Shown one piece after another: positions 58,024 to 64,000 of a stretch of DNA of 64,000 bases. Position 1 is the first letter of the stretch, and the number at the start of each line of letters is the position of its first letter. Under the pieces are notes generated by a model. The model saw only the letters and a program-made list of their open reading frames with translations. It was not told the DNA's origin and made no database searches. Origin of the DNA: a virus (lineage: Duplodnaviria; Caudoviricetes); the IMG/VR virus record IMGVR_UViG_3300020048_000009, positions 128,001 to 192,000 of that record. One strand, given 5' to 3'. Both the position numbers and the translations under genes were made by a program.

Positions 58024-58830
58024 TTAAATGTTTATATTTAAAAAGGTTAATAAGGGCTGAATTTTATCTATATTTGAAGATAATGGCCTAGGTAAATGTG
58101 CATCATATAGATGTCCGCCATTTAATCTATCCATATTTATATTCCAATTAAGTCTATCAATACGTTCTATTGCCATTCCATTATTCCAGGCTCTATTAAC
58201 AATAATAGTTCTAATATTTCTATCTTTCCAATTAAGATAAAATTCAGAAAATAATGATTCATCATCAAAACGGGGACCAATATTATTAATAGGATACGGT
58301 TTTGTTATATCATGATTAATCAATGTCCCCCTAACATTTTTCATTTTTTCTACTAAATCTTTATATTCTAATTTTTCAGGATTTAATATTTCAGAAAAAG
58401 TTTTTTGATTTGATATCATATAACAAATAGGAAATTTTATTGAATTATTATAAGCATTTCCACCTAAAACAACAAATTTATCGTCTGAAATATTAGATAT
58501 AGCATTAACAAAAAACTCTTTATTTAACGGTAACATATCTATATCAGATAACATTATAACTTCATCTTTATATATTTCAGTAGCAGCTATTAACATCCTA
58601 GAAGCCATTGCTTGATTACCAGATGGTATATTCGTAATATTAGGTAAAAATATTACATCATCATAAAATTTAGAAATATCTAAAAATTCATTTTTATCTT
58701 TATCAGTAACACATAATAAAGTAACTTTTACATCAGGTAAAAGTTTTTTCCAAGCAGGACCAATTATTTTAGAAAATTCCAAATAATCTTTATTCTCATC
58801 TGAACTTACAATAATTCTATCTAATTTCAT
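58024..58830 (-). CDS. GT-A-like glycosyltransferase
   Basis: SDIDMLP DxD motif, FPICY, DES, DAHLPRP. Confidence 0.6.
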   Translation of the reverse strand: MKLDRIIVSSDENKDYLEFSKIIGPAWKKLLPDVKVTLLCVTDKDKNEFLDISKFYDDVIFLPNITNIPSGNQAMASRMLIAATEIYKDEVIMLSDIDMLPLNKEFFVNAISNISDDKFVVLGGNAYNNSIKFPICYMISNQKTFSEILNPEKLEYKDLVEKMKNVRGTLINHDITKPYPINNIGPRFDDESLFSEFYLNWKDRNIRTIIVNRAWNNGMAIERIDRLNWNINMDRLNGGHLYDAHLPRPLSSNIDKIQPLLTFLNINI

Positions 58831-59537
58831 TAAATTACACCTACAGACTTTAAACTAAAACAACCTTTATTGTTTTCATCATATTTATTACCAACAAAAT
58901 CATACTCATTTTCCCATACTGTTGGGAAAACTCTTTCATTTTTATTTTTAATTAAACTAGAAAATTTAAAAGATGAAATATGTGTTAATTGATTATCTTT
59001 AATTTTATCCCATACTAATGTTTTTAAAAAATTTTCATCACCACCATATATATAACAAGACGGGTCAAGCATATATTTATAATAAGTTTCTTTAAACCAT
59101 TCGATAAAATCAGGTGTTACTTTTTTAAGATTTATTCCCCACATCCCACCCATAATATTCCAAATATGTCCTGGCCAATCTCTCATTATATGTACAGCCA
59201 TATCTGAACCCAACCACTCATTAACTGCATATTTTTCTCTAATACTTAATCGACTATCGGCATCTCTAAATATTATATTTTCAACATCTTGATTATCAGA
59301 AAAAATACTTTCATATCTCCAAAATGCTCCAGCACATGAAATAGTAGGACCCCTTTCTAAAATCTCTATATCATACGTTTTAAGATTTTCTAAATATAAA
59401 GGATCTATATTTTTATCAATATAGACCCTAATAATCCAACCAGGATAAATACTTTTTTGAAGTTTAATATTTTCTATTAAACCCTGTGTATACATTGGGA
59501 TATTTCCCCATAAACTAAAACAAATTAAATTTTTCAT
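58830..59537 (-). CDS. GT-A-like glycosyltransferase
   Basis: SLWG..Y, IFRDADSR, HIMRD, GGMWG, DENFL. Confidence 0.65.
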   Translation of the reverse strand: MKNLICFSLWGNIPMYTQGLIENIKLQKSIYPGWIIRVYIDKNIDPLYLENLKTYDIEILERGPTISCAGAFWRYESIFSDNQDVENIIFRDADSRLSIREKYAVNEWLGSDMAVHIMRDWPGHIWNIMGGMWGINLKKVTPDFIEWFKETYYKYMLDPSCYIYGGDENFLKTLVWDKIKDNQLTHISSFKFSSLIKNKNERVFPTVWENEYDFVGNKYDENNKGCFSLKSVGVI

Positions 59538-60352
59538 ACTGTATATGAATTTATTCCTTCGTGTTCTCGTCCACCAACAAAATTATGTTTAAGTGTTATT
59601 TCATCTATATTATAATTAGTAGAAAATACACTTACATATCTTTCTGTTATTTGTCCATGTAATCTATACTTATGTAAAACATCAAACTTATCTAAATATC
59701 CACTGTTCATTATAACATATAATAATGATGCCATTTTTTCAAAAATATCTTTTTTAACAAGAAATGAACAACATAAATTTGCTCTTTTAGGCATTAAATC
59801 TTTTAATGTTAACTTTTTATTAAAAATTAAATTATAATCTTCAACAATTTTTTCTATACAATTATGCATGCCCGAACCAGGATCACCAAATAAAGTATTA
59901 GGAGCTCTATCATCTAAAATTAAATATTGTTTTAAAATATTACACATATCATGTGAAAAAAATGATATATAGTCTTTATTTTGACGCACTTTTGTATTTA
60001 ATATTTCTGTAATATTTGTTCTATTATTATCATTTATAACTTTAAATTCAAAATCATAATGCATAAAACCTATATAATCAAAATCTTCATATAAACCTAA
60101 TCGATATAAATTATAAATTACTTCTGATTCAGCCCACCATTTACCCATTGTTTTATATCTTGGGATTTCACATTTGTTTATAACGGTAAACTTATCATGT
60201 TTTAAGATTTTATCAGAAACATTAAAAAAGACATAATTTTCATTGTTAAATAAAGGATCATCTTTATAATAATCATCAATTATTGGTCCATGTGTTACAA
60301 TAAAAATTCGCCATTTAGGCATAATCGATGCTACAGGGTCAATATTATCCAT
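59534..60352 (-). CDS. DUF4422-like glycosyltransferase
   Basis: DYIGFMHYD, ERYVSVF. Confidence 0.6.
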   Translation of the reverse strand: MDNIDPVASIMPKWRIFIVTHGPIIDDYYKDDPLFNNENYVFFNVSDKILKHDKFTVINKCEIPRYKTMGKWWAESEVIYNLYRLGLYEDFDYIGFMHYDFEFKVINDNNRTNITEILNTKVRQNKDYISFFSHDMCNILKQYLILDDRAPNTLFGDPGSGMHNCIEKIVEDYNLIFNKKLTLKDLMPKRANLCCSFLVKKDIFEKMASLLYVIMNSGYLDKFDVLHKYRLHGQITERYVSVFSTNYNIDEITLKHNFVGGREHEGINSYTV

Positions 60353-60499
60353 ATATACTATTCACTTTTTTTAAATTTATATTAAAATTATACAGAATGT
60401 TTTATTTTTTATATAAAAACATACTTTTTTATTTATCACTTATTTATAAAAATCGTTTATTTTAATAAATAAAATAAAAATAATTAATAGGAAAAATCT

Positions 60500-61918
60500 A
60501 TGAGTATTGAGAATTATCTAATTTTTGAAGCATATAAAACAATGGGCAAAAATACAGCAGTTAAAATCAAAGAAACAGCACCAAAACCAATTAAAATCAA
60601 AGAAGATGAAAATGATCCTGAAGAATTGGACATGGATAATGAATTTGATACTGATCCTGCAGGCGTTGAACTTGATGCCGATGCAATGACTCCTGATGAA
60701 ATGGAAAAAGGTACAAAGGGTACAAATAGATATGGTTCTATTTATGATGCTCCAAAAGGCCAACGTGCAGCATATGCCAATGCAATCCTAAAGAAATATA
60801 ATAAATGGTCAGGAGCAGATTTACCAGTAGTTAATACTAATAAAGTAGCACACGATCCAACCAATTATTCTAATTTTACTGGAAAAGTCGATTGTAGAGG
60901 TGGTACAGGAAATGTTAAAAATGCCACTTTCACCATAACAAAGGGTGGAAGAATATTTTTTGACCAGGGTGTATGGTTAGATGGTGAATTTAGATTGGGC
61001 ACATTTACTGGTGTATTTAAAAATGGCTTATTTAAAAATGCTCTATTCGGCGGCGGCATATTTGATGGCGGAACAATGGATGGCGGCGTATTTTATGCCG
61101 GTGTATTTAAAAAAGGTGTATGGGTTAAAGGTGATGGCACAAATACAAAAGTAAACTTTATATTGAGTGTTACTGATACAGAAGGAAAAACACATAGCAA
61201 CCTAGAATTAGCAGAACTTTATAATGCAACATATCCAGCATTGAGAAATAAAAATATGATGAAACAGATAAACACTGCTGGTTTTTATTATAGAGACGAA
61301 GCAGGATGGTTAAATGAAGAGGGTGATGCTGCATCTATTGATGAATTATTCAAAATAAGAGGTATTATTACTACTATAATGAAAAAAATCGAACGTCAGG
61401 CTGAAAGATCCTACGCCAATGCCCCAAGTCCTGAAATGATTGGTAAACCTGTACAAAGAGTTACTAAGAATCCTACAGGTGGCGTTGATGTAACAGGACA
61501 AGACGTAGATGATGAAGATGCCGGTAATATCGCGGATATTAAAGCTGGTGCAACATCTTCAGATATGGGTAAATATTCTGCTGGTGGTGGTTCTGATATT
61601 GATGCGGGTGATGATTTTACTCAAGCATTAGATCAAGATGAAAAAGCAGCAGAAATTGAACGTAAAAAAGAAGATATGCGTGCTAAAAATAAAGAATTAG
61701 GATTAGATCCTGATCAAATTGATGATGAATTGATTGATAATGAACAAGCTATCAATAGAGCATTAACTGATACTGGATTAACTGATGAAGAACCTGATTT
61801 GACAACAGACGATCCTGAAAAAATTAGAAAAGAAAATATTAAAATATTAGCTCGTAAAGGTAAATCAGCTGCTGATAAAGCTGCGGCTGAAAAATGGAGA
61901 AGAGAAAACGGCATCTAA
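60500..61918 (+). CDS. Acidic protein with central Gly-rich pentapeptide repeats; candidate internal head protein
   Basis: Late motif at 60463-60474; F.GG.F.GG repeats; acidic termini. Confidence 0.6.
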   Translation: MSIENYLIFEAYKTMGKNTAVKIKETAPKPIKIKEDENDPEELDMDNEFDTDPAGVELDADAMTPDEMEKGTKGTNRYGSIYDAPKGQRAAYANAILKKYNKWSGADLPVVNTNKVAHDPTNYSNFTGKVDCRGGTGNVKNATFTITKGGRIFFDQGVWLDGEFRLGTFTGVFKNGLFKNALFGGGIFDGGTMDGGVFYAGVFKKGVWVKGDGTNTKVNFILSVTDTEGKTHSNLELAELYNATYPALRNKNMMKQINTAGFYYRDEAGWLNEEGDAASIDELFKIRGIITTIMKKIERQAERSYANAPSPEMIGKPVQRVTKNPTGGVDVTGQDVDDEDAGNIADIKAGATSSDMGKYSAGGGSDIDAGDDFTQALDQDEKAAEIERKKEDMRAKNKELGLDPDQIDDELIDNEQAINRALTDTGLTDEEPDLTTDDPEKIRKENIKILARKGKSAADKAAAEKWRRENGI

Positions 61919-61940
61919 TATTAAAGGTAAATATTAAAAT

Positions 61941-61972
61941 AAAAAAGAGTTTCAGCAATGGAACTCTTTTTT
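61941..61972. terminator. Intrinsic terminator
   Basis: AAAAAAGAGTTTC-AGCAAT-GGAACTCTTTTTT. Confidence 0.75.
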
Positions 61973-62006
61973 ATTTGTATAATTAATGTATTAAAGGAAA
62001 AATAAT

Positions 62007-62990
62007 ATGTTTGATGATGATATTAAAGTACCAGAGCAATGGGTAGATAAATATAAACCTAATAATTTTGATGATTTAGTTCTTACTCCTGAAAATAGAG
62101 AGTTTTTTAAAAACATTATAAAATCTAAAAATTTAACACATTTAACATTATATGGAAATGCTGGTATTGGTAAAACTTTAACTGCAACACTTCTAGCAAA
62201 AGAATTAGATGCTATTACATTATTTGTTAAATGCGGTGTTAATGGTAATGTTGACTATGTTAGAGAGCAAATTACAGAATTTTGCCAAAGTAAAACCATT
62301 GACGGCGCACTAAAAATAATTATTTTAGATGAATTTGATTCAGCATCTGGTGCTATGTCCATGGCTAAAAAAGATGATGCAAGCGGCAAAGCAACAAATA
62401 ATGCAATGATGGCTTTAAGAAGTGTTATATCAGAACATGAAGATGATTGTCGTTTTATAATTACCTGTAATTATGTAAATGTGATATTAGATGCTATTCT
62501 ATCGAGATGTCCACGTATGAATTTATCTTTTACACATAAAGATGTTTTACTACGTATTGTACAAATATTAAAAGCTGAAAATATTACATATAACAATGAC
62601 ACATTAAAAATGTTTCTAAGTAAAGTTATATTGAAAAACTTTCCAGATATTCGTAGTATGATTCATATATTACAGAGATGTTGTTCTTCTGGAACACTAG
62701 TAGTTAATTCAGAAATTGAAGAAAATACTACCGATATAGAAGAATTGGCTAAAACTGTATGGAAACAAGTTCAAAATAAAACACGCCCACAAGATATTAG
62801 AAAATACGTATTAGATAATAAAAATAAATTTAATGATGAATATAGTAAATTTGCAGGAATTATATTAAAACAAAATATAGATGTTATATCAAATGAACAG
62901 GCAAAAAATATAATCCAAAAAATTTATAACATGGAACATGTTATAGATGCAGAAATACAATTTTATGGAATGCTTTTAGAACTATCTTAA
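62007..62990 (+). CDS. Sliding-clamp loader AAA+ subunit (T4 gp44/RFC-like)
   Basis: WVDKYKP, GNAGIGKT, ILDEFD, FIITCN, ILSRC, FPDIR. Confidence 0.92.
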   Translation: MFDDDIKVPEQWVDKYKPNNFDDLVLTPENREFFKNIIKSKNLTHLTLYGNAGIGKTLTATLLAKELDAITLFVKCGVNGNVDYVREQITEFCQSKTIDGALKIIILDEFDSASGAMSMAKKDDASGKATNNAMMALRSVISEHEDDCRFIITCNYVNVILDAILSRCPRMNLSFTHKDVLLRIVQILKAENITYNNDTLKMFLSKVILKNFPDIRSMIHILQRCCSSGTLVVNSEIEENTTDIEELAKTVWKQVQNKTRPQDIRKYVLDNKNKFNDEYSKFAGIILKQNIDVISNEQAKNIIQKIYNMEHVIDAEIQFYGMLLELS

Positions 62991-63727
62991 AGTGAGTGTT
63001 CTATTTCTTTTGCGCGTCTTATTATGTACATATCACATTGATGTACTTTTCTAAAACGTGGCGCGCAAAATTTTCTTAATAAAGCTTTAAAATTACTTTT
63101 ATCGTCTGCATTCTGTACTAAATATTTAGCATTTATTAAAGCGGTTGCCACATCATTTTTAAGAGCTTCACCATTATTAACATTGTTATAAAATTTAGAA
63201 GACATAAATAAATTAAATAGTTGTACATATTCGGTTTTTGTTAATTTATTTAAACTAATTAAAGACATTGTAATACGAACAGGAATAACTTCTAATTCTT
63301 TAATATCATCTTCTACTGGCACTTGTTCTTTTTTAACATTTGGTGTTTTGCTATAGTTTCTATTTGCTACTTTAGCCTGATATTTAATCGTTGCTTCTTT
63401 TAATCTAAATTTATCAGATTTATGTACTCTGGCATTATCGATAAATGCTTTTAATTGTTCTAATGTAACATATTTACTACCAATTAATTCCATTGCTAGT
63501 CTATCTCTTTTCTCATCACCGTCGTCATCGTTAGCATAATACTTAGAAGTAATAAAATCTGCAAATAGACCATTGTATATATCTTGGTCAATACGATTAT
63601 TAACAATTAAATTACATAATTCATCAATTGGAAGGTTTTTAAATCTTTCAATAACTTCGGGACTAACATCCTCATTTAAAAATTTTCTATAAGCTTCTAA
63701 TAATAAGATTTTTACTGATTTCGCCAT
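62987..63727 (-). CDS. Hypothetical protein, candidate internal head protein
   Basis: Late motif upstream; leader LLLEAYRKFLNE. Confidence 0.6.
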   Translation of the reverse strand: MAKSVKILLLEAYRKFLNEDVSPEVIERFKNLPIDELCNLIVNNRIDQDIYNGLFADFITSKYYANDDDGDEKRDRLAMELIGSKYVTLEQLKAFIDNARVHKSDKFRLKEATIKYQAKVANRNYSKTPNVKKEQVPVEDDIKELEVIPVRITMSLISLNKLTKTEYVQLFNLFMSSKFYNNVNNGEALKNDVATALINAKYLVQNADDKSNFKALLRKFCAPRFRKVHQCDMYIIRRAKEIEHSL

Positions 63728-63795
63728 AATACATATCCTTTATTTTATTTATTACTAAAACGTTTTTTTAATAAATAAAATAAAAACATTTTATT

Positions 63796-64000
63796 ATGAA
63801 CATTACAAAATTATATCAATTAATTGTAGAGAATACCGGTGAAATAAATAGATTAACTGCCAAATTTGGACCAGAATCTGCAGAGTTAAATAAATTCTAT
63901 TTTAAAACTCTTAGAGGTAAATATTCTGGTGGAACATTTATTAAAGATACTAATGTAATATTACAACGTTTTAATAATTTACAAGAATGGGAAGCTTTTT
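63796..64000 (+). CDS. Partial ORF running off the window (MNITKLYQLIVENTG...)
   Basis: Late motif at 63769-63780; open to window end. Confidence 0.6.
   Translation, partial: MNITKLYQLIVENTGEINRLTAKFGPESAELNKFYFKTLRGKYSGGTFIKDTNVILQRFNNLQEWEAF

Noticed and set aside
3034-61914. Antisense or nested track ORFs (e.g. 3034, 5130, 5671, 17076, 17179, 25730, 49642, 60518, 61714)
   Set aside because: They lie inside well-supported genes, lack SD sites and have no recognisable motifs.
1-64000. Genome-wide TAG reassignment (code 15)
   Set aside because: Long genes, including the neck and tail-tube genes, are intact in code 11 with no internal TAG, and seven genes appear to end at TAG. Internal ambers are confined to the 11.5-12.2 kb operon. 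Genes outside this window could differ.
1-64000. Giant eukaryotic virus origin suggested by ankyrins, DnaJ and glycosyltransferases
   Set aside because: SD-led operons, intrinsic terminators and T4-like neck, tail and clamp-loader genes indicate a tailed bacteriophage.

Overview
A 64-kb segment of a very AT-rich, T4-like jumbo bacteriophage genome. Evidence: gp13-like neck, gp3/gp19-like tail-tube, gp44-like clamp loader and T4 RNase H-like genes, Shine-Dalgarno-led densely packed ORFs, and two recurrent promoter motifs. Most of 0-41 kb is an accessory region rich in RNA/tRNA repair and nucleotide-metabolism genes (Tpt1/KptA, Thg1, three ATP-dependent RNA ligases, RtcB, phosphoesterases, nucleotidyltransferases, GGDEF, HD, IMPDH/GMPR, radical SAMs). 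41-64 kb holds candidate head-packaged proteins, a helicase, structural genes and a nine-gene glycosyl-/methyltransferase/radical-SAM cluster. The standout is a compact amber (UAG)-gated operon at about 11.5-12.4 kb that the ORF track misses. A late-type promoter motif precedes a 14-codon leader ORF with an internal TAG, whose Pro-Pro-TAA end overlaps a hairpin that sequesters the next gene's SD. It is followed by a 100-aa unknown gene, a Pth2-like peptidyl-tRNA hydrolase gene with an in-frame TAG, and an amber suppressor tRNA(CUA) 3 nt downstream. The rest of the window reads in the standard code. All calls come from reading the sequence and recalling family motifs; no searches or computations were run.
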